Assembly: GCA_947085855.1 (NCBI GenBank)
Contig: CAMTYB010000001.1
Location: forward strand, 564,427 to 628,426
Direction of reading: 5' to 3'
DNA length: 64,000 nucleotides
From: an uncultured Candidatus Saccharibacteria bacterium
Lineage (GTDB): Bacteria; Patescibacteriota; Saccharimonadia; Saccharimonadales; 2-12-FULL-41-12
Shown: in pieces, positions 18,840 to 28,824 of the stretch
How positions within the stretch are numbered: position 1 is the stretch's first letter
How the letters are laid out: the number at the start of each line of letters is the position of its first letter
Notes under the pieces: generated by a model
Told to the model about the DNA's origin: nothing
The model's input: the letters and a program-made list of their open reading frames with translations, nothing else
Database searches by the model: none
Program-made: the position numbers and the translations under genes

Positions 18840-19882
18840 AATTATTACCTATGACATTTCATCGTAACTCACTTAAGTTGGCAGGTGTATATCTGACCAT
18901 ATTGATGATCATCAGTTTATTTTTTAGCATCAATGTTTATCAGCTTTCTGTTCAAGAGCTAGATCGAGGTCTGCGTCGGCCGGGCCCAAATTCAGCTATT
19001 AATCGATTACCGGCGGATTCGCCAGGGCGTAACACACTTAACAGTTTCTTGGACGAGCAGGAGGCCCAGTATGAAGCGGCCCAGCAACGAATCTTGCAGC
19101 GCTTGATAGTTGTAAATCTGATTATCCTGGCGTGGGGCGGTGTTTTGAGTTATTACTTTGCTCACCGAACACTTCGCCCAATAGAAGAAGCTCACGAAGC
19201 TCAAAGTCGCTTTACGGCCGATGCCAGCCATGAGCTGCGGACGCCCTTGGCTGCTATGCGTGTAGAGAACGAAGTAGCCTTAATGGATCCTAAACTTACC
19301 GTCAAAAAAGCCAAGCAAGTGCTAGAAAGCAATATCGAGGAACTTGCCAAGCTAACCGAGCTTTCTGCTGGGTTGTTGCGGCTGGCCCAAGTTGAAAAAA
19401 GCGCCCTCATAAGAGAACGCGTAGATATAGATATGGTCGTACAGTCAGCTATAGATCGGGTTATGCCACTGGCTGAAAAGAAAAATATCCTCATTCATGG
19501 CACTGTCGAGCACGGCAAGCTATTGGTTAACGCAGACAAGACAAGCCTCATCGAGGCGTTTGTTACCATTCTTGACAATGCCGTCAAATACAGTCCAGAT
19601 AAGACCGAAGTCACAGTCACAATAGAAGCAGCTAGCAAGGATGTTGTAGTGCGAATCACCGACCAAGGAGTTGGCATTAAGGCAACCGAACTACAACATA
19701 TATTTGATCGCTTTTACCGAGCAGACACCGCTCGCAGCAAGCAAGAAGTTACCGGCTATGGCCTTGGCTTGGCTATAGCGCAGCAAATCGTGCAGCTACA
19801 TGACGGCAACATATCTGTTACCAGTCAACCGGCTAAAGGGAGCGTATTTGTCGTGACGTTACCGCTTGTTAAGCAGAGATAA
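18836..19882 (+). CDS. sensor histidine kinase (2 TM, HisKA + HATPase_c)
   Basis: H-box SHELRTPL, N/G1/G2 boxes (DQGVGI, GYGLGL). ATGA overlap with the regulator. Confidence 0.85.
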   Translation: MKLLPMTFHRNSLKLAGVYLTILMIISLFFSINVYQLSVQELDRGLRRPGPNSAINRLPADSPGRNTLNSFLDEQEAQYEAAQQRILQRLIVVNLIILAWGGVLSYYFAHRTLRPIEEAHEAQSRFTADASHELRTPLAAMRVENEVALMDPKLTVKKAKQVLESNIEELAKLTELSAGLLRLAQVEKSALIRERVDIDMVVQSAIDRVMPLAEKKNILIHGTVEHGKLLVNADKTSLIEAFVTILDNAVKYSPDKTEVTVTIEAASKDVVVRITDQGVGIKATELQHIFDRFYRADTARSKQEVTGYGLGLAIAQQIVQLHDGNISVTSQPAKGSVFVVTLPLVKQR

Positions 19883-21074
19883 ACGTTAGAGCGTAACCAG
19901 TTTTACCGGCTCGTCCGGCACGTCCGATTCGGTGAACGTAGTCTTCGTATGCTTCAGGAGCTGAGTAGTTGATAACGTGACTCACGTTAGCTACGTCAAT
20001 ACCACGAGCGGCTACATCGGTAGCAACCAAGATATTTACCTGATCCTGTCGGAAACGGTTAAGAGCGCGTTGTCGATGACCTTGAGTTTTGCCACCGTGG
20101 ATTGCTTCAGTCGCAAAGCCGCGGTCGTATAATTCAGTGTTAAGTCGCTCAACATTTCGCTGTGTTTCGTCAAAAATAATAACCTTCTCAACATCAGGGT
20201 TGACCAACAGGTCGTGTAGTTTATCCATCTTTTCGCTTGTACCACGATAACGAACAACATTTTGATGAACGTTCTCACTGGTAGCACTTGGGCGAATAGA
20301 GATAGTTACTGGATCTGAGGTAAAGCCCCTGATCAATCGTTGGACGCGATCATCCATAGTAGCAGAGAAGAACAATGACTGTCGCTTATCGGCTACGTTG
20401 GTAAGTATTTGAGTCACGTCATCAACAAAGCCCATATCAAGCATGCGGTCAACTTCGTCGAGTACGACGATATTGCACGTATTAAGTTGTAGGGTGCCAC
20501 GTTGGATGTGATCTTTGATACGGCCCGGTGTGCCGATGATAACTCGGGGTTTCTGGCGTAGATCACGCAACTGGTGAACCATACTGGCGCCACCAATGAG
20601 GATAGCACCACGTAGGCCACTGTTTTTGCCAAGTGTACGGCATTCTTGCTCAATTTGCTGAGCGAGCTCACGAGTTGGAGCAACAATCAAAGCTGAGCCT
20701 TGTTTATCTTCCATTAAGCGATGGAGCATTGGTAAAGCAAAGGCAGCCGTTTTACCGGTACCGGTGCTAGCTATGCCAATAACATCCTGGCCGTTAAGAG
20801 CGGCAGGAATAGCTTGGTCTTGAATTGGTGAAGGTACCACAAAGCCCTTTGCAGTTAAGTTAGCTTGCAGCGTATCATTGAGTGCAAAATCTCTAAACTG
20901 ATGTGTTGGTTCGTAAACTTCGACGTCAGCTGCTTTAGCTACTTTAACGAAACGTTCGGGGTTAATGCGTTGTCCAGATCGGCGATTTGAACGGCGGTTT
21001 TGTGATGGTCGGGTGTTACTTTTGTAACGGGTTCGACTAGAGCCATTGCGGCTACTAGAAAAAGAGTAAGACAT
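19869..21074 (-). CDS. DEAD-box ATP-dependent RNA helicase with an N-terminal Arg/Ser-rich tail
   Basis: Q-motif, ASTGTGKT (Walker A), PTRELA, DEVD, SAT, HRIGRAGR motifs. Confidence 0.9.
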   Translation of the reverse strand: MSYSFSSSRNGSSRTRYKSNTRPSQNRRSNRRSGQRINPERFVKVAKAADVEVYEPTHQFRDFALNDTLQANLTAKGFVVPSPIQDQAIPAALNGQDVIGIASTGTGKTAAFALPMLHRLMEDKQGSALIVAPTRELAQQIEQECRTLGKNSGLRGAILIGGASMVHQLRDLRQKPRVIIGTPGRIKDHIQRGTLQLNTCNIVVLDEVDRMLDMGFVDDVTQILTNVADKRQSLFFSATMDDRVQRLIRGFTSDPVTISIRPSATSENVHQNVVRYRGTSEKMDKLHDLLVNPDVEKVIIFDETQRNVERLNTELYDRGFATEAIHGGKTQGHRQRALNRFRQDQVNILVATDVAARGIDVANVSHVINYSAPEAYEDYVHRIGRAGRAGKTGYALTFISA

Positions 21075-21216
21075 TGGTATCCTTAAATTTTAAGTTGTTT
21101 TATGCTGATTGTCGGTTGAAATCGAGCAAAACGGCACACAACTCGGATCCAATTAAACAATGTATAGTATAATAACTCAAGAATGAGCTTTTGTCAAGCA
21201 TAAAGTTGATATATAT

Positions 21217-21813
21217 TTACTTATGGATTCCCAGGCGGTGGCGGTGCGACAAAACGATAATCAGGCCGTCAAACAACGCAAAGTAAAGCGGGAAGAGTAT
21301 AGCGGTCAGTGATCGGTCAGGGCTTATGATGACACTCAAAACGCTGGCCACAAAGAAGAAGTACCAGTGGTAAGCTCGCTCACTCGTCTCTTTCTTGATC
21401 GTGCGCCAAATTGTTGGTATACCGCCAATAAAATGCGCCACCAAACTAATAATGAGTCCAAGAAACGGTTCATCCAAAATTGCCCATGCGAGGCCGCTAG
21501 CGACTAAGAGTCCAAGGCTTATTTTTTCGGCTGCGCCAAAAATCCGTGAACCTTTTGAATAGCTAACTGCAAATACAGCTGTATTACCAATCAGCAGGGT
21601 GGCCGCTAATAGTATTGAAGCGGTACTGCCATCACCAAGAAATACACCAGCAAAACTATTGATCCCAAGCAAAAACCAGACACCCCGGCTAAAGAAACTA
21701 GGCTTGTATTGACCGGCAAGCATTTGCCAGACGGCAGAAATATAGGCAGTAATGCCAAGTATAAAAACAAAGCTCAGCAACATTATTTGCATGGATATAG
21801 CATAGCAGACCAC
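21217..21813 (-). CDS. polytopic membrane protein, unknown function
   Basis: 198 aa ORF with 6 hydrophobic segments. Confidence 0.4.
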   Translation of the reverse strand: MVCYAISMQIMLLSFVFILGITAYISAVWQMLAGQYKPSFFSRGVWFLLGINSFAGVFLGDGSTASILLAATLLIGNTAVFAVSYSKGSRIFGAAEKISLGLLVASGLAWAILDEPFLGLIISLVAHFIGGIPTIWRTIKKETSERAYHWYFFFVASVLSVIISPDRSLTAILFPLYFALFDGLIIVLSHRHRLGIHK

Positions 21814-21848
21814 TGGCTATTTGCAGGAAGCAGCCTATAATACGGGCT

Positions 21849-22160
21849 ATGCCGATTAGCACAACACAGGCTCACCGTTACTTGTTGGCTTTAACTGCCT
21901 TTGTATTGCTTATGGGTACCGTCTTTTATCATTATGTCGAAAAGTTTTCGTGGCTTGATGCTTACTATTTTTGTGTCATCACGTTAGCTACCATTGGCTA
22001 CGGAGATTTCGTCCCCAAGACTGATGCTGGCAAGCTGTTTACCACCTTCTATGTTTTTATTGGTGTCGGTATCATTACAGCTTTTATCACCACCACGCTA
22101 CGCAATCGTGCCGAAAAAGCTATCGAAAAACGCCAAACCAAAGCAAAGCCCAAAAACTAG
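21849..22160 (+). CDS. minimal two-TM potassium channel (KcsA-like pore-only)
   Basis: 103 aa. Selectivity filter TIGYGD between two TM helices. Confidence 0.7.
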   Translation: MPISTTQAHRYLLALTAFVLLMGTVFYHYVEKFSWLDAYYFCVITLATIGYGDFVPKTDAGKLFTTFYVFIGVGIITAFITTTLRNRAEKAIEKRQTKAKPKN

Positions 22161-22816
22161 TTATAGAGCCAGCGAGCAACACCATCGTGGTGTGAGCAAG
22201 CTCCGCTGCCAGTAGCGGTACTGCGTGTCCCGTCTCGGCAGATTGCTCCGGTACGGGCTCCGGTTGATTGTTGAGTTTGAGTAGGTGCTACATACGTCCC
22301 GACGGTTGTAATTTCGGTGACTGGTTCGACTGTAACTACTTCACGTTTGATGACTTTACTTGTTTCTTTGCCGTCGTTATACGCAACTTCGTAATAGATG
22401 ATTTTTTCACCATTTTTGCCAACCTGAGTAATACTAGTCTTACTGCTTGGTATAGAGGGGTCCTCTTTGCGTTCCTTGCTGAACGCGATTGGTTGTTTTT
22501 CTTCAACTTCTTTCGTTTCTGCCTTTGGTGCAACTTGTTTAGCTTCATTTGCCTGATTTTTTTGTCCTTGAATAAGGCTCGATTCTTTCTGAGCTTTTTC
22601 GCGCGCCAGACGAGCCTGTTTAACGTCGGCTGGTTCGGTTGCAGAAATAATGAGACCGCAGGCTACGAACAAGGCAAAGCCACTGATAGCAATCATTTTT
22701 CGAGTTGTACGACTTCTCAGTAATTTGCGCCACATCTTAGGTTTAATGAGGCCCCAGACTGTCAGGACCATAACTGCAAATAAAGCCAACGTAGTCAGGT
22801 AGTAAGCAATTTCCAT
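22157..22816 (-). CDS. membrane protein with a G5-like segment and a C-terminal DUF3761-like Cys motif
   Basis: Two N-terminal TM helices, a K/E-rich linker and C-terminal GAICRDGTRS....GACSHHDGV. Confidence 0.4.
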   Translation of the reverse strand: MEIAYYLTTLALFAVMVLTVWGLIKPKMWRKLLRSRTTRKMIAISGFALFVACGLIISATEPADVKQARLAREKAQKESSLIQGQKNQANEAKQVAPKAETKEVEEKQPIAFSKERKEDPSIPSSKTSITQVGKNGEKIIYYEVAYNDGKETSKVIKREVVTVEPVTEITTVGTYVAPTQTQQSTGARTGAICRDGTRSTATGSGACSHHDGVARWLYN

Positions 22817-22821
22817 AGATG

Positions 22822-23616
22822 TTAGTAAATATCTCGTTTGCTAAAGATACGCCAAGCGATGACATAGCCAATACCAAGTACTACCAAGAAGAAAATTATA
22901 TTTCTCCACTCATACGTGCCGCGCAAAATGGCCTCAGATTGATAATAATGAAATGGAAAAATTTTACTTGGTATCTCGAGCCAATCAATCGTTCCAGCCA
23001 GTGAGCTGACAATATAGCCACCCAAAGCAAAGACCGAAGCAACGCCCATACTAGCAGATCGAACTTTGCCAAACGATGTTAATAGGAGCGCAACGACACC
23101 AAAACTAAGCGCTAGTAGCCAGCACACGAATGTCACTTCAGTCAGTCGAACAATAGCTATATCGATATCAACGGCTATAGCCGTAAAAATGGTTAGTGCT
23201 AGAGAAATGAGTGTAACGATGGTAACAATTGCAACAGCTGCCATGGTTTTACCAGCTAGCAAGCGAGCCCTGGAAACAGGTCGAGCCAATAATGATTCTA
23301 TGGTATGATCCTGCTCTTCACGGGCTAGAATACTCGAACCCAAGCCGATAGCTAAAATACCCAACAACAGGGGCATCATAATGAAAAATATCTGACTATT
23401 CAGAAATCCAACAGGCGAAAAGAAGTCAGTACTGCCACCAAAAAGTTGAACTGCCGTATCGGGCAGATTTTCGAAGCTTTTCTGGAGTTCGCCAGCTTGA
23501 TCTTTGAAGCTCGGGTACAGCGCCATATTAATGAAAATGAAGAATGCTACACCAACCGACCACCACATGGTGCTCCAGCGTCGTTGCCACAAGGTCCATT
23601 TAGCAATTGCAAACAT
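22822..23616 (-). CDS. ABC-2 family transporter permease (6 TM)
   Basis: 264 aa polytopic. 1-nt overlap with the upstream ABC ATPase gene. Confidence 0.65.
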   Translation of the reverse strand: MFAIAKWTLWQRRWSTMWWSVGVAFFIFINMALYPSFKDQAGELQKSFENLPDTAVQLFGGSTDFFSPVGFLNSQIFFIMMPLLLGILAIGLGSSILAREEQDHTIESLLARPVSRARLLAGKTMAAVAIVTIVTLISLALTIFTAIAVDIDIAIVRLTEVTFVCWLLALSFGVVALLLTSFGKVRSASMGVASVFALGGYIVSSLAGTIDWLEIPSKIFPFHYYQSEAILRGTYEWRNIIFFLVVLGIGYVIAWRIFSKRDIY

Positions 23617-24620
23617 CAGCGTGCCTTTTCCTTATAAAAATGAATGAAGGCTTCTTCGAGGTCAAGGTTGTGGGCGTCAATGCTGCGGACTTCGTGCTGA
23701 GCCAAGACTGCAAACAAATGAGATAACTTGCCATTGATGTGGACTCGAACCTGTGAGTTATTGTGGCTGACAATTTTTAGGCCCTTAATCTTCTTTAAGT
23801 CTACAAGTGGCGCTGTTTTGCTAAAGACGATGTCAAACGTTTGTGCTGCGTCATAAGCCATCTCCGAGATATCTTTCTCGGCAATTAATTCGCCTTCGCG
23901 GATAATGCCTACTTTGTCGCAAATTTTCTGTACCTCACTGAGGACGTGACTACTCATAAAAATAGTGGCTTGGCGCTGCTTGGCCTCGCGAATCAGCTCA
24001 AAGAATGTTTCCTGGACGAGAGGATCGAGGCCACTGGTTGGCTCGTCCAAAATCAGGATACTTGGTTTGTGCATAAAGGCCTGAACAATGCCGATTTTTT
24101 GACGATTACCACGAGAAAGTTCTCCGAGTGGCCGGTCAAGGTTAGCTTGCAAGCGCTTGGCGAGCGTACGGGTATAGTGCTTGTCACAGGAGCCCTGTAG
24201 CTCGCTGAGATAAGAAATATACTGCCGGCCCGTCATCTTGGGATACAAGGCTAGGTCGCCCGACAGAAAGCCGACTGACTGCCTGACCTGTAGGCTCTGT
24301 GCGTCAATATCATAGCCATTGATAGTGGCACTGCCGCTGGTTGGCTTGATGAAGCCCATCAGGGTCCGAATCGCGGTAGATTTACCAGCTCCATTCGGAC
24401 CCAAAAAGCCATAGACTTCGCCGGGATATAACTGGAGGGACAAGTTTTTTAAGGAAAATCTGTCTACGCCAGGATATTGCTTGCTAAGTTTGTTGATTTT
24501 TACTGATGGGATAGCGTCGTTCGACGCTGCTTTTACTTTGTTCATCTGGATAGTGAGCTCATGAAAGAGCGGAATCTGACTATTTCTTGTCGTCTTCACT
24601 GCCTTTGAGGGCAGCTTCAA
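23616..24620 (-). CDS. ABC transporter ATP-binding protein (ABC-2/DrrA-like with a C-terminal accessory domain)
   Basis: GPNGAGKST Walker A, LSRGNRQK signature, ILILDEPTSGLD Walker B. Confidence 0.85.
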   Translation of the reverse strand: MKLPSKAVKTTRNSQIPLFHELTIQMNKVKAASNDAIPSVKINKLSKQYPGVDRFSLKNLSLQLYPGEVYGFLGPNGAGKSTAIRTLMGFIKPTSGSATINGYDIDAQSLQVRQSVGFLSGDLALYPKMTGRQYISYLSELQGSCDKHYTRTLAKRLQANLDRPLGELSRGNRQKIGIVQAFMHKPSILILDEPTSGLDPLVQETFFELIREAKQRQATIFMSSHVLSEVQKICDKVGIIREGELIAEKDISEMAYDAAQTFDIVFSKTAPLVDLKKIKGLKIVSHNNSQVRVHINGKLSHLFAVLAQHEVRSIDAHNLDLEEAFIHFYKEKAR

Positions 24621-25152
24621 TCACATCACGAGGCAATGCAGCGGTTGAAAGTAGCGCATTACGGACGGTGTTTGTTGCATCGCCACCGACGCTGGTTGCA
24701 GCATCAAGTGCGCCACCGACGGCTGCTTTAGCAGCTTCTGAAGTATCGGCACCAACATCGCCAGCTGACTTGATGGCAGCTTGTACGGTGTTTACGGCAG
24801 CTGTGCCGACGTCACCGCCGGTTTCAGCGGTAGCCTGAACGATACCTTGAGCAGCACCGCGAACGGCTCCAATCACGTCGCCACCGACTTGGCCTGTACC
24901 TTGTACGACACCACTGATGGTACCAAAAATGGTATCTGTGGCAGTGCCACCGACTTGGCCAGCACCTTTTATGGCGCCACTGGCAACTGAAGCAACTGCT
25001 TCTATGCCGGCACCAGCGACTTCGCCGCTACCTTGCAAAACATTAATCACTTGGCCTTTTACAGTTCCGGTCACTGCATCCAGAATGTTGTCTACGCCAT
25101 TAACAGCTGCTGCTACGGCATCGGTTGCTTCTTGAATTACTCTTGCTAACAT
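24580..25152 (-). CDS. Gly/Ala/Val-rich protein built from ~22-residue tandem repeats (apolipoprotein/LEA-like amphipathic repeats)
   Basis: About six repeats of the form G.(I/V)(Q/K)G.G(Q/E)VGGD....A(V). The 3-prime end overlaps the ABC ATPase start by 41 nt. Confidence 0.5.
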   Translation of the reverse strand: MLARVIQEATDAVAAAVNGVDNILDAVTGTVKGQVINVLQGSGEVAGAGIEAVASVASGAIKGAGQVGGTATDTIFGTISGVVQGTGQVGGDVIGAVRGAAQGIVQATAETGGDVGTAAVNTVQAAIKSAGDVGADTSEAAKAAVGGALDAATSVGGDATNTVRNALLSTAALPRDVIEAALKGSEDDKK

Positions 25153-25222
25153 GTTTGAACCCCTTTGATTTTTATTTTAGTGGTACTAAATAAACAATAG
25201 CATATATTACGATTTGTCAAAA

Positions 25223-26071
25223 TCATTGACAGTAATCACTACTGGTTTCTTTGGCGCCACCCCGAGAGGGAAGACCACTTGCAATTACCTTGTCGTTACC
25301 CTGTAGATGGTCAAACCAGCAGAGTGCAAAGAAAGACTGCTCTTTATCAGAAATACGTGGTGCGTCAGTTTTGTAGAGGCTTGTCTTTGAGGCAGCATTG
25401 GGAGATCGTAAATCATATACACCAAGATCAAAAAAGGCATTTTTATTGTGCTTGATGCCAATAGTAGTAGCTATGAGGGTACCCTTTTTAACCAGCGGGT
25501 TGTCGTCAAATTTGTACGTTCGTGAATCATCGACTTTTGGTTCGGGCAGTTTTGCAGCATAGCCAGCAAATTCATCTGTTAGGGTGCCCAGGTGGTCGAG
25601 TCGATACATGACCCCACAGGAGTCCATAAAATCAAACATATACTGCACTTCATTGTCTTGAATGTAGCGTGAGCCACGATACAAGTACGCGTCCCGAATG
25701 GCTGTAACGTCAACGATGTTATTCGAACTATCGCTCATAGCCAGGCCCCCATGCGGCTTAAAGTCGGTGCCACGCATTTGACCGGGCATGAGCCTGGCGT
25801 TGGCTTTTGATATATCCATTGGTGAGCTAATTGCCAGCGGTTCCTCGCACTTGGGTGCAGAGCCCATTGCCTTCCAGCTTTCGCCATTAAAGCTCCATTC
25901 TACAAAACCAGCTTCCTTGGTGCTAGCTGGTGTAGATGTCTGAGAAGTTGGTTTTCTTTCCGTATTCAGGACTCGCCAAGCTGCAAAGCCGACTATGCCA
26001 GAAGCGATTACAATGATTAAGATCAAGCCCAAATGGGCGACACCCGCTTCGTTATGTCTGTATTTGGCCAT
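25223..26071 (-). CDS. N-terminally membrane-anchored extracytoplasmic protein, unknown function
   Basis: 282 aa. One TM helix then a Cys-containing soluble domain. Confidence 0.45.
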   Translation of the reverse strand: MAKYRHNEAGVAHLGLILIIVIASGIVGFAAWRVLNTERKPTSQTSTPASTKEAGFVEWSFNGESWKAMGSAPKCEEPLAISSPMDISKANARLMPGQMRGTDFKPHGGLAMSDSSNNIVDVTAIRDAYLYRGSRYIQDNEVQYMFDFMDSCGVMYRLDHLGTLTDEFAGYAAKLPEPKVDDSRTYKFDDNPLVKKGTLIATTIGIKHNKNAFFDLGVYDLRSPNAASKTSLYKTDAPRISDKEQSFFALCWFDHLQGNDKVIASGLPSRGGAKETSSDYCQ

Positions 26072-26135
26072 AGTATTGCCAACTATAAATCTTTAATGTG
26101 GCAAATACAACACATTTAAGCTGAGCTTAATGGTT

Positions 26136-26579
26136 TCAACGCTTGAGTAGATGATAAATATCAAGCGCGAGCGTCACAAGGGCGATTGGTAGGAGGAAAA
26201 TGAACATAAAAGCATGGCCAATGTTTAGGCCGGCTCCGCCGAAGAATATGGACAAGGAGAGGATTATAACGCACGGTAGGAGTGCTAAAACGTTGAACCA
26301 AAAGAGGCCAGAGTGGACATATTTTCGCCAGCCAGTCTCTGGTTTTTTGGGCTGAGCGGCGATAACTTTGTCTTGTGTGCGAGCATATTTCAAAAGAAAA
26401 ACTATATCAAGGAATACCGTGATGATAGCCGGAAATACGAGGAAATTAAAAACGCTTACCAAGTTTTTGTCTTCCGGTGCAACTTTACCTGAGTCAGGCT
26501 CTACTACGTAGAATAAAATTACTGCCGGGATTACAAACAACACATTGAGTAAAATGAGCATTAAAAGCTTGCGGTTCAT
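26136..26579 (-). CDS. 4-TM membrane protein, unknown function
   Basis: 147 aa hydrophobic ORF. Confidence 0.45.
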   Translation of the reverse strand: MNRKLLMLILLNVLFVIPAVILFYVVEPDSGKVAPEDKNLVSVFNFLVFPAIITVFLDIVFLLKYARTQDKVIAAQPKKPETGWRKYVHSGLFWFNVLALLPCVIILSLSIFFGGAGLNIGHAFMFIFLLPIALVTLALDIYHLLKR

Positions 26580-26603
26580 TGTAATTTATTTAAACACGTT
26601 CCT

Positions 26604-27425
26604 CTATGCTACGCGACACTTTATGCTGTCCAGAACTGTATTCCGCGGACTCCCTAATGCGACTTGCGTGACTAAGTGGGTGGTGGAGTGAACTCGGTCT
26701 GATCTACTTGGCAATACGCTTAAGGGTGCGAAGAAGCTAATTTTATTATCGAGCTCCGTTGACCCGTCTGGCTTAACTATACTGGCCCCAATCTGTGCTG
26801 TGCAATTCACAGGCAATTTAGACGAATTTGACCTTGGATTGAAGTCATAAGCATTCTCCGGTCCATCGTATAGGATGACGAAGAGATTGCTGGCTTCGCT
26901 GTGTTTGCGTAGTCGGATCATTCGAGCGCCGTACGAACCCCCATGGGGGCCTTCTGAACGAGTATTCAAGCGAATGTGAACTATTTCATCTTCCAAAACA
27001 TGGCCAAGGTCAAAGTAATGACCTTCTGCGGCTTGTTGCTCAATAATATCTTTGCGTTCATTTTTTCGGGTCTCCCGCTGGACTTTTTTAGCAGCGCTTT
27101 GCAGAGCTCCTAACACGGTTTCGTCATCAAAGCGTTCAGCGTACATGCTCAACAATGTTTCAGGTGGTAGTTCGCCTAGCTTTGCTTCAATATGCTGCTG
27201 GACCATACCCTCTTCGACGTCTTTCATGGCTCTGTCAAAAGCGGCGTCCATATCTTCGGCGTCAACTTGTTCAGTGCGCTGTTCCACCCGCTCTTTGAGT
27301 GCCTCTGCGATAGGTATGAAAGGCTCAGCGCTAGTGTATATAGTGCGCATTCGCTCGGTTTCATCTGCAAGCCGACCATTCTCAATCTCAAGATCTTCTA
27401 TATATCTCGCTTTTCTACCAAACAC
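26604..27425 (-). CDS. hypothetical cytoplasmic protein, co-transcribed with the PurO-like gene (8-nt gap)
   Basis: 273 aa ORF. Confidence 0.45.
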   Translation of the reverse strand: MFGRKARYIEDLEIENGRLADETERMRTIYTSAEPFIPIAEALKERVEQRTEQVDAEDMDAAFDRAMKDVEEGMVQQHIEAKLGELPPETLLSMYAERFDDETVLGALQSAAKKVQRETRKNERKDIIEQQAAEGHYFDLGHVLEDEIVHIRLNTRSEGPHGGSYGARMIRLRKHSEASNLFVILYDGPENAYDFNPRSNSSKLPVNCTAQIGASIVKPDGSTELDNKISFFAPLSVLPSRSDRVHSTTHLVTQVALGSPRNTVLDSIKCRVA

Positions 27426-27433
27426 AACGATTC

Positions 27434-28216
27434 CTAGGCGGTTTCGTCGAGTTGATTGATGACGCTTACTCGAGCTTCACCAGTTTTCCGACTAATACTT
27501 TTGACGGCAATAGCAACGCGATTATCGGTATCGAGTACTTCCCACAAAGCTTCGGCAGTTGACCTGGCTGTGTTGGCAACAGGAACTGGGTACGGATTGC
27601 CCTCGAATGATGGGAGCGGGTTGCCATCACCTTCATAGGTGTGTACGCATAAGCCGGCGCCGGCAGGCAGTTCGTCTAAATCGCCTCGAGTCATCGTACG
27701 AACCGAATTTCCGGTTAAGCCGTCTCGAGTGATGATAGAAAAGCCATACGCGCCCCGGAGCGCTATGTAGCCGCTAATGCGTGGTGTGTAGTTAGGTGCG
27801 TCTGGTTCGTAATCCCAGCCCATGAGGGCTTTGCTAAACTGCCCACCATGCTCTGAAAGCGGGAGCGCTTTATTGAGGCTCGCGGCTATGCTATCTGTTT
27901 GGTGGCCGTTTGAGACTACATGAACAGCCTCTCCGTTGCTGGCCTCGGTCATAGCCTTGTAGATGATCAAACTTGGGTCAGTAACTCTGCTTGGATCATG
28001 AGCTTGTGTAGATACGTTGTCATTTGCGTCAATCTCAAAGATGCGGTTGCGTGAATTTTCACTGCGTCCCATTACCCAATAGGCTTGCAGATACCGTTCG
28101 CCGTCCTCGCTTAGACCCTGGACAATACCTCGTCCGGGGTAGGGGTTGGTTTGCAGGTATTCTTGATTTGCTGCTAAATGCTCTGACTCAAAGCCTTCAT
28201 ACGTTCTTGTCATCAT
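27434..28216 (-). CDS. IMP cyclohydrolase PurO-like (archaeal-type, PF07826-like) protein
   Basis: Recalled similarity to archaeal PurO: YPGRGIVQG, VVSNGHQTDSIA (PurO VVSNGSHTDTIA), MGWDYEPDAPNYTPRISGYI (PurO LAMDYEKDELNTPRIAAAI), HTYEGDGNP. Needs HMM confirmation. Confidence 0.45.
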   Translation of the reverse strand: MMTRTYEGFESEHLAANQEYLQTNPYPGRGIVQGLSEDGERYLQAYWVMGRSENSRNRIFEIDANDNVSTQAHDPSRVTDPSLIIYKAMTEASNGEAVHVVSNGHQTDSIAASLNKALPLSEHGGQFSKALMGWDYEPDAPNYTPRISGYIALRGAYGFSIITRDGLTGNSVRTMTRGDLDELPAGAGLCVHTYEGDGNPLPSFEGNPYPVPVANTARSTAEALWEVLDTDNRVAIAVKSISRKTGEARVSVINQLDETA

Positions 28217-28281
28217 GACCTCCTAGTACTAAAGAGTATTCATGCAAAATCTATTGATTGCAAGCATAAGCGCAAAAAGAT

Positions 28282-28533
28282 TTAACTGTACTTGAGTTTT
28301 AAGTAAAAGACCGAGAGCGCCATTACCAAGGTAATGCTGCTCATTATTACCAAAGAGTAACTGGAGATTAGTAGTCCATAGATAATCCAAGCAATTTGTC
28401 CGGCAAGACTTGTAATGCTCCAACCCAAAGAAATATCGTGCGTAGACTTAGTCTTCCACGACTTTAATACTTGGGGCAAGAGAGAGCTCGCCACCAGTAT
28501 CCCAGCAATGAAGCCAACAATCTCTGCGTTCAT
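28282..28533 (-). CDS. SemiSWEET (PQ-loop, 3-TM) sugar transporter
   Basis: 83 aa, three TM helices, PQ motif SLLPQVLKSWKTK. Confidence 0.65.
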   Translation of the reverse strand: MNAEIVGFIAGILVASSLLPQVLKSWKTKSTHDISLGWSITSLAGQIAWIIYGLLISSYSLVIMSSITLVMALSVFYLKLKYS

Positions 28534-28555
28534 TTACAGATTTATTTCTGTGCGG

Positions 28556-28762
28556 TTAGGCACTAAAAGCTTGTAGCACGTTATAGACTAAAATAGCTGG
28601 CCAAACGGCAGCTTTGAACAGGGCTTCTATAATATTCCAGAAGCCATCAACTTGGTTTACAAAGTAAACCGCTGCGCCAATAAAAGTCATGAACATTGGG
28701 TAGCCCAATGGTCCACCGGTCTTGTTATCGACCTTTATAAAATTCTTTTCATTCTTTCCCAT
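28556..28762 (-). CDS. small 2-TM membrane protein
   Basis: 68 aa ORF with two hydrophobic helices. Confidence 0.35.
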   Translation of the reverse strand: MGKNEKNFIKVDNKTGGPLGYPMFMTFIGAAVYFVNQVDGFWNIIEALFKAAVWPAILVYNVLQAFSA

Positions 28763-28824
28763 ACCTACATTTAAGCATAGTTAGAACGAAACTATTAGTC
28801 AGCGCCAGAGGAAATTACGGAACG

